Below, one piece after another: positions 21,023-31,440 of a DNA stretch of 64,000 nt; position 1 is the first letter of the stretch, and the number at the start of each line of letters is the position of its first letter. The translations under genes were made by a program, and so were the position numbers. The notes beneath the pieces were generated by a model that was not told the origin of the DNA, did not search any database, and saw only the letters and a list, made by a program, of their open reading frames with translations. Origin of the DNA: a virus (Duplodnaviria > Caudoviricetes); the IMG/VR virus record IMGVR_UViG_3300014836_000320, positions 22,313 to 86,312 of that record. One strand, given 5' to 3'.

Positions 21023-21998
21023 AATTATTGATGATGGCATTCAGTTTGAACTTAGAAAACGCAAGAAAACTGGCCAAGACTTTTGGACAATTTACTATAA
21101 CACCACCAACGGAACCATTTTAAACATTGAACCAGGTCAAATGCAATCTCCAGAAACCCTGGTAATCAGTTATGTCAGAGTTAAAAAAATTCTGTCAGGT
21201 CAGGAAAATCAAAACAACTATCGCATAGACTACAATGAAAAACTTGGAGCACTAGATTTAATTGATCTTAGAAAACCTCAGGAATACAAAAAGAAAAAGC
21301 AAAATTGGCAAGTTTGGCTTAGCCAATCAGAATTCAGCGGAGATGCGTTTGCAGATCTACGAGCCACCCTGTTCCAAGAAAATGGAATGCTACGCATTGA
21401 AGCCAGTAGAGATTGGGGACAACAAACCAAAGAAAATCCCAACAGACTCAAAGACTTTGAGATTTACTTGTCAGACATTGAAGATCCTCATCTGGTGTTT
21501 GGCTTTAACAATATTCCTACTCAAGAAATCATTGAAAAGGGATTTTGGGAGTGTAGACTTTGGAGTTTTATGGATCACGGTCTAGTGCAAAATATCTTGT
21601 ATCACAATCAAAACATCAGACTAAATCTTCCCCCTGTTGCTCGATCAGTTTCATTTAAAAGATCCAAACAATACTTTCCTTTCAGCGGTATCATTGATGA
21701 TCAGACACTCATGAGTCATCCAGGGCCTGGACAACACATCAGCATTTTTGTTAAAAACAACTCTGTCTGGGCGCAGAGTCATTATGAAAAAGGTTCAAGT
21801 CTTGACAACATAATTGGAAACCTTCGTGCAGGACTGATCTGGCGCGACGACCCAGATAACTTTCTTGGTTGGGTTGAGTTTCCTGCTTTGATGTTGAGAC
21901 AACCTCAACCATTTGAATTGATCAGTGATTGGAACGATCCACACCCACCAAATCTATTATATAAAGCAAACAACATAGACATTGGAGTCTTACAATGA
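21015..21998 (+). CDS. Hypothetical protein
   Basis: 327 aa, coupled; weak internal duplication (..EDPHLVFG / ..DDPDNFLG). Confidence 0.5.
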   Translation: MSEIIDDGIQFELRKRKKTGQDFWTIYYNTTNGTILNIEPGQMQSPETLVISYVRVKKILSGQENQNNYRIDYNEKLGALDLIDLRKPQEYKKKKQNWQVWLSQSEFSGDAFADLRATLFQENGMLRIEASRDWGQQTKENPNRLKDFEIYLSDIEDPHLVFGFNNIPTQEIIEKGFWECRLWSFMDHGLVQNILYHNQNIRLNLPPVARSVSFKRSKQYFPFSGIIDDQTLMSHPGPGQHISIFVKNNSVWAQSHYEKGSSLDNIIGNLRAGLIWRDDPDNFLGWVEFPALMLRQPQPFELISDWNDPHPPNLLYKANNIDIGVLQ

Positions 21999-22966
21999 AA
22001 ACCCCTATCAGTGAATTTGATGTAGTGTTCATCAGTTACGATGAACCTAATGCCGACGAGAACTGGGCAGACTTATTAGAGAAGTGCCCGTGGGCCAAAC
22101 GCAGTCATGGCGTGTTTGGTAGTGATGCTTGCCATAAAGCCGCTGCCAAAATGGCAGAAACAGAACGATTTATCAGCATTGATGCTGACAACAAAGTGCG
22201 TCCTGACTTTTTTGAATTAGAACTTGATTTACACAAGTTTGATCGCAGTGATGTATTGTCTTGGTCAGGTAAAAATGTCATCAATGGCCTAGTCTACGGC
22301 AACGGCGGTGTTAAACTTTGGCCCAAGAAAGTTGTAGAGCAAATGAGAACACACGAAGCAGTGGATTCAGGCGCCGGTGCTGTTGATTTTTGTTGGGATA
22401 TTCACTATCATCAACTCAACAACATCTACAGCGATGTCTACAATAACTCAACACCATACCAGGCCTATCGTGCAGGATTTCGTGAAGGGGTGAAACTTGC
22501 ACTACACGACGGTCGTCCAATGGATTGGCGCCAAATCAAAGACAAGAATCACTACAAGAATCATCGTAGACTCTTGGTGTGGATGAGTGTTGGTGCCGAC
22601 GTTGACAATGGTCTTTGGGCCATGTATGGTGCTAGATTGGGCTGTTATCTAACCAACCTACATCGCGGCTGGGACTATACCCTAGTCAGAGATTTTGAAT
22701 GGCACACTCAGTATTGGAACGAAGATGTAGCACCAAGATTTGCCGGCGGCAATGAACGTTGTGTGCGTAGCAATTACACCTGGGACAGAGAAAAACTTCA
22801 ATCAGAAATTGTCAAACTTGGTCGCGCACTCAGACAAGATCTAGGCCTCGATATTGCCGAACTTGACGACGCCGGCAGCAAGTTTTTTAAAGCCAGTTAC
22901 TTTAATCCTCATAGACTTGGTCCACTAGTCAAAGAATCTGATGTTGAACAGTTTATTCTGGAATGA
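21995..22966 (+). CDS. Glycosyltransferase-like paralog 1
   Basis: FISYDEPNA, IDADN, YGNGGVKLW, GFREGVKL. Confidence 0.6.
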   Translation: MKTPISEFDVVFISYDEPNADENWADLLEKCPWAKRSHGVFGSDACHKAAAKMAETERFISIDADNKVRPDFFELELDLHKFDRSDVLSWSGKNVINGLVYGNGGVKLWPKKVVEQMRTHEAVDSGAGAVDFCWDIHYHQLNNIYSDVYNNSTPYQAYRAGFREGVKLALHDGRPMDWRQIKDKNHYKNHRRLLVWMSVGADVDNGLWAMYGARLGCYLTNLHRGWDYTLVRDFEWHTQYWNEDVAPRFAGGNERCVRSNYTWDREKLQSEIVKLGRALRQDLGLDIAELDDAGSKFFKASYFNPHRLGPLVKESDVEQFILE

Positions 22967-22969
22967 TCA

Positions 22970-23845
22970 ATGCTAGATGTCTTTTTTATTTCCATAGGTG
23001 AGGCCAATGCCGAAGATAACTGGAAAAAGTTAACACAGTTACGGCCAGATGCCAAGCGTGTGCAAGACGTCAAAGGCATCTATGAAGTTCATAAGACTTG
23101 TGCAAAAATCAGCACCACAGAAAATTTTTGGGTAGTTGATGCGGATGCTTGGGTTCTCAATGACTTTGATTTTGCTTGGGAGCCAGATGCCAATGTTCAT
23201 CACTGGAACGTGCCTGAACCCGAGTGTGTGTTAATTTGGCGCAGTCGCAATCCAGTCAACGACCTTGAATACGGATACGGCGGTGTCAAAATGTTTCCAA
23301 GACAACCGTTTATGGAAGATCGTGCCTGGCACATTGATCTATCAACAACCATTGGATCTGTCACAGTAGTCAAAGATCAACTCAGTTGTGAAACGCGATT
23401 CAATGCCACGCCTGAAAGTGCTTGGATTGGTGGATTTAGAGAGTGTGCTAAACTAGCATCATTGACTTCGGTGTGCGGTCGTATTCAACGTAAAAATTAC
23501 AGTATGATGGAAGAATTAGAAGAACTAGAGCGTTACATTGCCACGCAAGACTGGACAGCAGAACAACGCACAGCCTATCGCAAAGGTAAAAAGGCTGTTA
23601 TCATTGACAGTTACAAATACGAAACAAACATCTACAATTACTTTGGCGACATAGAAACAGCCGCTGATCGTTATAGTGCTTGGTCACGTTACGGTTGGCA
23701 TAGATACAACGGGCAGTATGCAGTATTAGGTGCTCAAGCAGGAGTCAAGTATGGATTAAAGAATGCCAGCAACCTGCAGGCAATGAACCAAATCAATGAT
23801 TGGAATTGGTTACGACAGGAGTTCAAAAAACATGTCAATGTTTAA
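22970..23845 (+). CDS. Glycosyltransferase-like paralog 2
   Basis: FISIGEANA, VDADA, YGYGGVKMF, GFRECAKL. Confidence 0.6.
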   Translation: MLDVFFISIGEANAEDNWKKLTQLRPDAKRVQDVKGIYEVHKTCAKISTTENFWVVDADAWVLNDFDFAWEPDANVHHWNVPEPECVLIWRSRNPVNDLEYGYGGVKMFPRQPFMEDRAWHIDLSTTIGSVTVVKDQLSCETRFNATPESAWIGGFRECAKLASLTSVCGRIQRKNYSMMEELEELERYIATQDWTAEQRTAYRKGKKAVIIDSYKYETNIYNYFGDIETAADRYSAWSRYGWHRYNGQYAVLGAQAGVKYGLKNASNLQAMNQINDWNWLRQEFKKHVNV

Positions 23846-24809
23846 AGTTAAACCAACTGCTCAGAGTTTCAAACCCAGCAATAGAATGATTCGAGACATC
23901 CCTGTGGTGTTTTTAAGTTTTGATGAGCCCAACGCAGATCATCACTGGGAATTGTTGCAAAAAGTAGTGCCACATTCCAACATTGCCCGAGTGCATGGAG
24001 TCAAAGGATTTGATGCCTGCCACAAAGCCGCTGGCAATGCATTTCCTTGGAGCGACTATGTTATCACTGTAGACGCTGACAATCAAATTGATCCTGAGTT
24101 CTTTAACAAAACTGCGCCACAGCAGATCACGTTAGGCATGACTTTTACCTGGGGCGGCCGCCAATTTACCAATGGCTTGATGTATGGCAACGGTGGACTC
24201 AAAATGTGGAATCGAGATCACTTGTTGAACATGCGTAGTCACGAAGCATCTGACAACGAAAGAGATGCTGTTGACTTTTGCTGGGACTTTCAACAATACA
24301 AAGAAGTTCCAGGTTGTTATTCAACTGTTTATACCAACGGCAGTCCTTATCAAGCATTTCGTGTGGGCTTCAGAGAAGGTGTAAAATTGTCAATGGAACA
24401 AGGACAGGTCATTGATCCGGAACGAATCAGCAAAGACATGCATGCCGCTAACTTTCAACGATTGCTGACTTGGATGACTGTGGGTCGAGATGTAGAACAC
24501 GGTGCCTGGAGCATGTATGGCGCCAGACTAGCGGCCAAGATGTTGTATTTTGATGATTTTGATTTTACTTTGATCAGAGATTACGATTGGTTCATTGACT
24601 TTTTTGAACAACACAAAAACAAAGAAATTATCACTGAACTTACCACACTGAGTGTAAAATTGCAAGACGTGTATGGATTCAGACTTCCTGGGTTTACCGC
24701 TGATGAAAGTCGCATGCTCAAAATGCTACAACTGCATCCTGAAAAACCTTTGACCTATGAAGATGTGCGTTGGAGAACCAACTTGGGCATGTTTGGATGG
24801 TTCAAATGA
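23838..24809 (+). CDS. Glycosyltransferase-like paralog 3
   Basis: FLSFDEPNA, VDADN, YGNGGLKMW, GFREGVKL; start chosen at the ATG overlapping the upstream stop. Confidence 0.6.
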   Translation: MFKVKPTAQSFKPSNRMIRDIPVVFLSFDEPNADHHWELLQKVVPHSNIARVHGVKGFDACHKAAGNAFPWSDYVITVDADNQIDPEFFNKTAPQQITLGMTFTWGGRQFTNGLMYGNGGLKMWNRDHLLNMRSHEASDNERDAVDFCWDFQQYKEVPGCYSTVYTNGSPYQAFRVGFREGVKLSMEQGQVIDPERISKDMHAANFQRLLTWMTVGRDVEHGAWSMYGARLAAKMLYFDDFDFTLIRDYDWFIDFFEQHKNKEIITELTTLSVKLQDVYGFRLPGFTADESRMLKMLQLHPEKPLTYEDVRWRTNLGMFGWFK

Positions 24810-26032
24810 CAGAAGAACAAATCTTAGAAGCCAAGATTGCCATCCTCTATTTCATTGAAGAAGCCTGCGGCTATCGTCACAGTCTGCATTGGCTTAGACG
24901 CTGGATGGAAAGTGGTCAACAAAGCGACCTAGAACATCTCATTATTGAAATTGGTCGAGAAAATTTCTACGACTTCAAGCGGTTAATTCAAGCAACGCAG
25001 GGCGACAATGATGCTCGTTGGGAGATGATGTCAATTTTGACTCAACGTGGTATCATAGTTCCTGATGAATGGAAGCCAGTGCGCGAAGAAGAAGGCTCGT
25101 TACTAGAGCAGGATATAGTGTTGACCTCAGCACCAGAAGCAATGATTCACAGTATGCAGTTTGGTGAGCAGGATTTTAATACTGCTATCGGCAACACATG
25201 GAACGTGTTTAATTGGATTCAAGAAAACAAAAAAAATTATCCTGAACTAGATCCCATGGGGATCTTGGCCTATGCGATGGAAAAACTTTACAACAGTCAA
25301 AGCAATGTCTATGAAGTGTGTTACTTTATTAGAATGCTGTTGGGCAAAGGCACACTGATAGAAAATACCATCAATGAAGACCTAGAACTTTTTGCCAAAA
25401 ACGTTGGCAATTATTTTGCTGACCAAGAATGGGTAACCAAAAATCTCATGTTGGCTATTCAAAATGGTCCAGAAGAAAACTGGAAGGATGCGCTCAGTAG
25501 AAACCAAGTTAAAAGTAAAATTTGGTTGCTGGACAAACTCGAAAGCACTGGCTGGTTTACACAAAAGCCAACAGTGACCAAAGAAAATCCCACAATGGTT
25601 TTGGTTGGGGGTTGGGTTGGATTACTGCCTTTTATTGCGGCAGTTCGCAATCAAAAACTAGGTGCAGTGATCAATGTTGACATAGACGAATCAACACATT
25701 TGCCAGCCAAGGTTTTAAATGGTCAGCACTACACTGAATTTAGAAATCTAGCCAAAGACATAAGAACACTTGACTTCAACAAGTTTAAAAACTTTGTCAT
25801 AGTTGACACCATTGTTGAACATTTTGAAAATCATGCAGAATGGATACAAAGTCTGCCCGCAGGAACCAAACTTATATTGCAAGGCAACGACATGTTTGAT
25901 GTGCCAGACCATGTAAACTGTCATCATAACTTGGATGAGTTTGTTGACACCTGCGGCCTAGCCAAAGTTATTTGGCAAGGCGAACTCACAATGCCAGGTT
26001 GCACAAGATTTATGGTAATTGGCACAACATGA
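24806..26032 (+). CDS. Protein with C-terminal class I SAM-dependent methyltransferase-like domain
   Basis: MVLVGGWVGLL, VINVDID, IVDTIVEH; ATGA overlap at 24806. Confidence 0.55.
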   Translation: MTEEQILEAKIAILYFIEEACGYRHSLHWLRRWMESGQQSDLEHLIIEIGRENFYDFKRLIQATQGDNDARWEMMSILTQRGIIVPDEWKPVREEEGSLLEQDIVLTSAPEAMIHSMQFGEQDFNTAIGNTWNVFNWIQENKKNYPELDPMGILAYAMEKLYNSQSNVYEVCYFIRMLLGKGTLIENTINEDLELFAKNVGNYFADQEWVTKNLMLAIQNGPEENWKDALSRNQVKSKIWLLDKLESTGWFTQKPTVTKENPTMVLVGGWVGLLPFIAAVRNQKLGAVINVDIDESTHLPAKVLNGQHYTEFRNLAKDIRTLDFNKFKNFVIVDTIVEHFENHAEWIQSLPAGTKLILQGNDMFDVPDHVNCHHNLDEFVDTCGLAKVIWQGELTMPGCTRFMVIGTT

Positions 26033-26547
26033 GCAAATTAAGATATTATAGAACAGATGCCAAAATAGATCTAGAACGTCTGCTGGTAGAAGCCAATGCC
26101 TTGGCCTGGGACGATACAATCAAGCAGTATCGTCCTCAAACTGCTGTGCAAAATGCCGACGGCAACGAAGACTACCTCGAAGGCACAGGATCAAAACCTG
26201 GTCAAACAGACGACAAGTGGGCCAATCTACGAAGCGATTTATCAAACACCTGGTGGGAAACATTTTTTGCCAGTTTGCCTTGGCGTGTGTATAGAACCAG
26301 AATTATGATAATGCCGCCGCGAAGTTGCTACAGCATACACAGCGATACCAGCCCTAGGTTGCACATTGCGTTAAAAACACATCCGCAGGCCAAGTTCATT
26401 TTTACCAATCCACCAGAACTGGTTCATGTTCCTGCTGATGGATATGTTTGGTGGGTTGATACTCGTGAGGAGCACACAGCCATCAATGCCAGTATGGAAC
26501 CACGTTGGCACCTGCTATTAAGCCTGGTAAACACACCAGACCATTAA
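26029..26547 (+). CDS. 2OG-Fe(II) dioxygenase, aspartyl/asparaginyl beta-hydroxylase-like
   Basis: RIMIMPP..YSIHSD..RLHI..VDTREEHTAIN..RWHL (HxD...H). Confidence 0.7.
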   Translation: MSKLRYYRTDAKIDLERLLVEANALAWDDTIKQYRPQTAVQNADGNEDYLEGTGSKPGQTDDKWANLRSDLSNTWWETFFASLPWRVYRTRIMIMPPRSCYSIHSDTSPRLHIALKTHPQAKFIFTNPPELVHVPADGYVWWVDTREEHTAINASMEPRWHLLLSLVNTPDH

Positions 26548-26563
26548 ACGGCTACATAATGAC

Positions 26564-27208
26564 ATGTCACTATATGTAGAAATTTCCAATGCCGAAACCT
26601 TTGATAGCCATTTACCGGCCTACGAAACCTTTTTGCGTCGAATTGCCGCTGAATCCAGAGAAGAAAACAAAGTATTGGTCAACATGGGTTGGGAACCACC
26701 CAGTGGTCTATTGTATCTGATTCAACCAGAGCGAGATCAATATCGTCGATGGACACAAGGACAGGGCGAAATTGCATTGCTCTATGATAGACTCACTGGC
26801 GGTATTGTTGGCATCAGCGCAGTAGAGCATAGCCTACTCAGCGACAACATCAGTTCAGGTGGAAATCGTTGCTGGCTACAACGCGAATATAGACTCAACA
26901 ACGAAGTTTCAAAACATCTGTTGGCCAGCAATTTTGCCTGGACTCAAAAACAAAACAAAATTGGCATGATGCTGACATTCAATCAGTATAACAAAGGCAT
27001 CTACGACATTATTGTTCATAGAACACAAGGTAAAAAGGTCTCCATTGGCAAAGTATGGAGCAATTGGTGGGACGACTGTGTGCCTATACAAAAGAAAATT
27101 TTATTACACAATGTTCCACAGTGGGCAGTTATAAAACCCAATGCAGACCGGAGTATGATCCACGACGAGGTCCAAGAACTAACAGAACTATATGGTGTTG
27201 ACGAATGA
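26564..27208 (+). CDS. GNAT-like acyltransferase
   Basis: IVGISAV..NRCWLQREYR resembles the GNAT beta4/motif A region. Confidence 0.45.
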   Translation: MSLYVEISNAETFDSHLPAYETFLRRIAAESREENKVLVNMGWEPPSGLLYLIQPERDQYRRWTQGQGEIALLYDRLTGGIVGISAVEHSLLSDNISSGGNRCWLQREYRLNNEVSKHLLASNFAWTQKQNKIGMMLTFNQYNKGIYDIIVHRTQGKKVSIGKVWSNWWDDCVPIQKKILLHNVPQWAVIKPNADRSMIHDEVQELTELYGVDE

Positions 27209-28155
27209 TACAAAACACACTTAACAATCATTTGACTTATTGGTATAATGATGATGAAAACCAACGTTGGCGCAAAGACCCCAACGACTATACATCAATG
27301 CGTGTTGGTGGCTGTAGCAGAGCACCTTTTTCTGCAAAAATTGAATGGACTAGAATTGCGCGGCTACTGATTGATCAATATCCTGATCTCACAATTTTTA
27401 TGAGCGGCGGACTTGACAGTGAAATTGCACTTCGCTGTTTTTTGGCCGCAGGCATTAAACCAAAACTTGCAACCATACGTTTCCCTGATGACAAGAATGC
27501 CTACGATATTGCTCCCATGATTGATCTGGTCCAGCAAGAATGGGGGTTAGATGTTTCTGTCATTGACTTTGATCCTGAAGAGTTTTGCCTGAGCGGAGAG
27601 TATCTAGCAATTGCTGAAAAGTATCAGGCCTATACATTTTACCAACAGATTTTGCTTAAGGTTGCCGAAGACTATTCTGCGCCAATGATCACTGTTGATG
27701 AAGTTGAATTGGAAAAACTGCCCGCAGTCAACTACGACACTGGCGAGGTCATGTGGCGTTGGACATTTTTAAAGAAAGAAGACCAAGACGGTGTCTGGAG
27801 AAGATTTGCTGACAAAACAGGAATACCAGCGTTGAACAATTTTTATACCTACACACCAGAAAGCATGTTGGCATTCCTTAGGCTACCTACCACAGCCGCC
27901 TTGATTCGAGATCAGATCCCATTCAAGTTGAGTTGGACCAGTAGCAAAATGAAAATTTATTCAGAGGCCGGGTTTAAATTTAGAATGCGACCCAAATGGC
28001 ACGGGATGGAAAACTACATGCACTTGTGGGACTTTGTGAAGTCAAACCAACACACTAGTCTATTAGGATGCAACCCTCAATCTTATACAATTCCAGCATT
28101 GGAGTTGGAAGAAAATTTAGCAAAAGGAAGAATCAGCCAATGCAGTATTCTATAA
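27205..28155 (+). CDS. PP-loop adenine nucleotide alpha-hydrolase (asparagine-synthetase-like)
   Basis: IFMSGGLDSE. Confidence 0.65.
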   Translation: MIQNTLNNHLTYWYNDDENQRWRKDPNDYTSMRVGGCSRAPFSAKIEWTRIARLLIDQYPDLTIFMSGGLDSEIALRCFLAAGIKPKLATIRFPDDKNAYDIAPMIDLVQQEWGLDVSVIDFDPEEFCLSGEYLAIAEKYQAYTFYQQILLKVAEDYSAPMITVDEVELEKLPAVNYDTGEVMWRWTFLKKEDQDGVWRRFADKTGIPALNNFYTYTPESMLAFLRLPTTAALIRDQIPFKLSWTSSKMKIYSEAGFKFRMRPKWHGMENYMHLWDFVKSNQHTSLLGCNPQSYTIPALELEENLAKGRISQCSIL

Positions 28156-28787
28156 AACCATTGGATCACGACCAACTTGGCGTGGTAACCAAACTAGCCA
28201 ATGAAATTTATAACGGACTAGATGAAGACAAGTATCCTGACTTTAGAGTAGGCTACGATATCAATGCTGAAGAAAATCGAGAAAAATATTTTGGCATGTT
28301 CATGCTTCCTTCACATTTCATTGGTTTTACTCAGCGAAGAGCCTATGGTGTATTTGACGAAAACAATCAACTGATTTCCGCAGTTGGTGTTCGTCGTTAT
28401 AGTCACATGCCTTGCTGGAGTTTAAGTTGGCTATTGAGTCCTAAAATTGGTGCTAGATTTATTCCTTTGTTTAGATACATGGTTGATGAACTGTGTAAAA
28501 TTCATGAAACAGCAGGATTCAATGAATTGCTGGTCACTTATCCCAGTTCCAGAGAAGAAGCCTACAGTAGAATCATGTTGTTCATGCGTGAACGGTATTT
28601 TACATTTGTAGAAACCACTATTCCTGCAAAAACAGTCAGTGCTTTTGAATTCATTCACGAACTGTCTGGAAAAACGTTACACCCGCACGACATCAATCTG
28701 AGAAGATACATACTGCGTAGAGAAGATATGACCCCCGCCAGTGAAGGCGGACAAGCAAAAAGAAAAATAAAACAAGACAATGATTGA
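28140..28787 (+). CDS. GNAT-like protein
   Basis: AYGVFDENNQLISAVGV..WSLSWL; alpha/beta pattern typical of GNAT. Confidence 0.35.
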   Translation: MQYSIKPLDHDQLGVVTKLANEIYNGLDEDKYPDFRVGYDINAEENREKYFGMFMLPSHFIGFTQRRAYGVFDENNQLISAVGVRRYSHMPCWSLSWLLSPKIGARFIPLFRYMVDELCKIHETAGFNELLVTYPSSREEAYSRIMLFMRERYFTFVETTIPAKTVSAFEFIHELSGKTLHPHDINLRRYILRREDMTPASEGGQAKRKIKQDND

Positions 28788-29691
28788 TACTACTGTAAAA
28801 ACCTGGCTTGCTGACCAGTGGGATTTATATGCCAAAACTCGGCAAATTCCTTACATTGTTGCACTATGGCTTCCATACCATATTCTTGGTATTGGTGCTA
28901 TTTTATTTGCATTGGCCACTGAGTGGAGTTGGTGGTATCCAGTATGGGCTGTTTGCGGCTGGATTCTACTGGACGGCGTAGGCAACAACCTAACACTACA
29001 CAGATTCCTAAGTCACCGCAGTTGGCAACCCCGCAAGTGGATGGAACCCTTTTTACTTTGGGCGGCAACAATGACTGCCGAGGGCTCACCAATTTGGTGG
29101 GCGGCACTACATCGCGGTCATCACCATAGAGTCAGCGATCAAGAAGGCAAAGATATCCACACACCTGTGGGCAATGGCTGGTGGCACAGTTACATGGGTT
29201 GGCAGTTTGGCATCAAGCAAGACTCAGTGAGTTTCCGCCATGCAGTAGATCTATTGCGTGATCGTAGGCTGGTGTTTATTCACGAAAACTACAACAAGAT
29301 CATCTATGGAACTTTGCTGTTGAGTTGGTTACTGTTTGGTTTGACTTTTACCATTTGGTTCTTTATTGTTGGCGCACTGATGAGTCTACATGCTGACGGA
29401 TTGGTAAACACATTTGGACATGTGCCTGGTGCTGGTTACAAGAACTTTGAAAACCGTGATGCCAGCACCAATGTATGGTGGATTGGTTATTTTCATTGGG
29501 GCTCAGGTTGGCACAACAATCATCACAGAGAGCCCAGCAGTTTTGATTTTGGTTCAACAGTCAGTGGTAGAAAGTTTGAGTTTGATCCTTGTTTCTTGAT
29601 AGTATGGCCATTTGCTTCTACAACGGAATTAAAGAGGTTGTGGAGCAATCGTAAAAATGCTATACTCAAGAGACAAGGAACATCAGCATGA
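28780..29691 (+). CDS. Membrane fatty-acid desaturase (delta-9 type)
   Basis: His boxes HRFLSH, HRGHH, HNNHH; hydrophobic segments. Confidence 0.9.
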   Translation: MIDTTVKTWLADQWDLYAKTRQIPYIVALWLPYHILGIGAILFALATEWSWWYPVWAVCGWILLDGVGNNLTLHRFLSHRSWQPRKWMEPFLLWAATMTAEGSPIWWAALHRGHHHRVSDQEGKDIHTPVGNGWWHSYMGWQFGIKQDSVSFRHAVDLLRDRRLVFIHENYNKIIYGTLLLSWLLFGLTFTIWFFIVGALMSLHADGLVNTFGHVPGAGYKNFENRDASTNVWWIGYFHWGSGWHNNHHREPSSFDFGSTVSGRKFEFDPCFLIVWPFASTTELKRLWSNRKNAILKRQGTSA

Positions 29692-30569
29692 CTTTACGAA
29701 CAGAAATTGATTTTGAGCAAGACAAAACTTACCTTCCAGTCCTGGATCACGGATTTGTTGGTTTAGTTGATCACATGGGATCAGATGCGGCCATTGTGCA
29801 GGCCGCTAGAGTCAGTTATGGAGCCGGCACCAAACAAGTGCAGGATGACCGTAACCTAATTCGTTATCTAATGCGGCACGAGCATACTACGCCATTTGAA
29901 ATGTGCGAAGTCAAGTTTCACCTCAAGTTACCCATCTTTGTGATGCGACAACTTGTTAGACACAGGACAGCCAGCCTAAATGAATATTCCGCTAGATATT
30001 CTGTTATCACAGATGAATTCTACATACCTGATGCCAAAAACCTTAAGCCGCAGAGTTCAACCAATAAGCAGGGTCGAGAAGGAGAACTCGACAGTATCGC
30101 ATCAAACCACACCATCTACGATATGCGACAAGCATGGGATAGTAACTACGAACTCTATGAACGCTTTATCAACGACTTTGGCCTGGCGAGAGAAACTGCT
30201 AGACAGATCTTACCGGTGGGTGGATACACCGAGTGTTATTGGAAAGCAAATCTAAAGAACTTTCTGCATATGGCACGACTTCGTATGGATAGTCATGCAC
30301 AATGGGAGATTCAAGAATTTGCCAGAGCCATGTATGCATTGGCTCAACCATTGTTTCCTGAAGCCTGTCAAGCATTTGAAGATTATCAACAAAATGCTGT
30401 CAAATTCAGTGCCCAAGACCTAGCATTACTCAAACGTATAATCAACAGAGAACGTTGGTTTGATCTGGAACAAGATTTTCGTGACGACAAAGGCATTGCC
30501 AAATCTTTTGGCATGAGTCAGCGAGAAGTCGTTGAGTTCAAACAAAAGTTAAACTTGGATGCTCTATAA
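29688..30569 (+). CDS. thyX: FAD-dependent thymidylate synthase
   Basis: AARVSY, HTTPFE, RHRTASLNEYSARY. Confidence 0.95.
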   Translation: MTLRTEIDFEQDKTYLPVLDHGFVGLVDHMGSDAAIVQAARVSYGAGTKQVQDDRNLIRYLMRHEHTTPFEMCEVKFHLKLPIFVMRQLVRHRTASLNEYSARYSVITDEFYIPDAKNLKPQSSTNKQGREGELDSIASNHTIYDMRQAWDSNYELYERFINDFGLARETARQILPVGGYTECYWKANLKNFLHMARLRMDSHAQWEIQEFARAMYALAQPLFPEACQAFEDYQQNAVKFSAQDLALLKRIINRERWFDLEQDFRDDKGIAKSFGMSQREVVEFKQKLNLDAL

Positions 30570-31440
30570 GATCAGTGATCAACCTTTTTTGAGATTTGAC
30601 CAGCATCTAGATATTCCTGGATTGTTGGATCTCAAAGAAGAACTTTGCCATGCTTTCACTGAGGCTTGGTTAGGGCTTGGCAAAGGAAACCAAGCATTGC
30701 CATCAGTGGCAGGTCATCCAGCCAATTGGCCAAACAGCAACAGCAATGTTGAGGAAGTGTATCTTCCTCACTATGAAGGGCAGGAACTGGCAGGAGCACT
30801 ACATCAGACTCTCAAAGACCAGTCTGCTCCCGGGCATGCTCGTGTTAAATCTTTTGTAGAAAATGGTCACCCCAGTTACGCATACATGTTTTTAAAACTG
30901 CTGGGTAATAATCAAGGCATTGGCTATCAAATGTTTATCAGACAGCCAACAACCAGCAATTATGCAGAAAAGCATCTGGCAGACAAAACCAAAGATTCAT
31001 TGTATTATGACAGGTTTACTTTTTTCCTAGATTGGGTTAAAAAGCAAAAAATATTTTCTGAGATTGGTCGTGTGGTCGTCTTCTTCAATGACCAGCATCA
31101 GTTTTGCCTAGTGCATAGAGATCACAATCAATTCAATGTAGTGGAAAATCCAGATGAGTTTGTTTGGTTCAATGTATTTCCGGATCGCAAACGTTTTTAT
31201 GTGCTAGATGGTGAAACCGGAGAAAAGCACTACTTTGACAACCATGCAATTTGGTTTGACACAGCAAACTGGCACGGCAGTGATCCTTGTGCGTTTGCGG
31301 CATTTACAATTCGTGTTGACGGAGTCTTTACCAAAACTTGGCGTAAGAAGATTGGATACAAACCAAAAGTCACAGAAGAAAAGAAGGTTCCTAAGAAACC
31401 TTCTAAGTCTAAAAACATGTGGAGTCAGGCTAAGGACTAA
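30559..31440 (+). CDS. 2OG-Fe(II) dioxygenase-like protein
   Basis: GRVVVF..LVHRD..WFDTANWHG. Confidence 0.5.
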   Translation: MLYKISDQPFLRFDQHLDIPGLLDLKEELCHAFTEAWLGLGKGNQALPSVAGHPANWPNSNSNVEEVYLPHYEGQELAGALHQTLKDQSAPGHARVKSFVENGHPSYAYMFLKLLGNNQGIGYQMFIRQPTTSNYAEKHLADKTKDSLYYDRFTFFLDWVKKQKIFSEIGRVVVFFNDQHQFCLVHRDHNQFNVVENPDEFVWFNVFPDRKRFYVLDGETGEKHYFDNHAIWFDTANWHGSDPCAFAAFTIRVDGVFTKTWRKKIGYKPKVTEEKKVPKKPSKSKNMWSQAKD

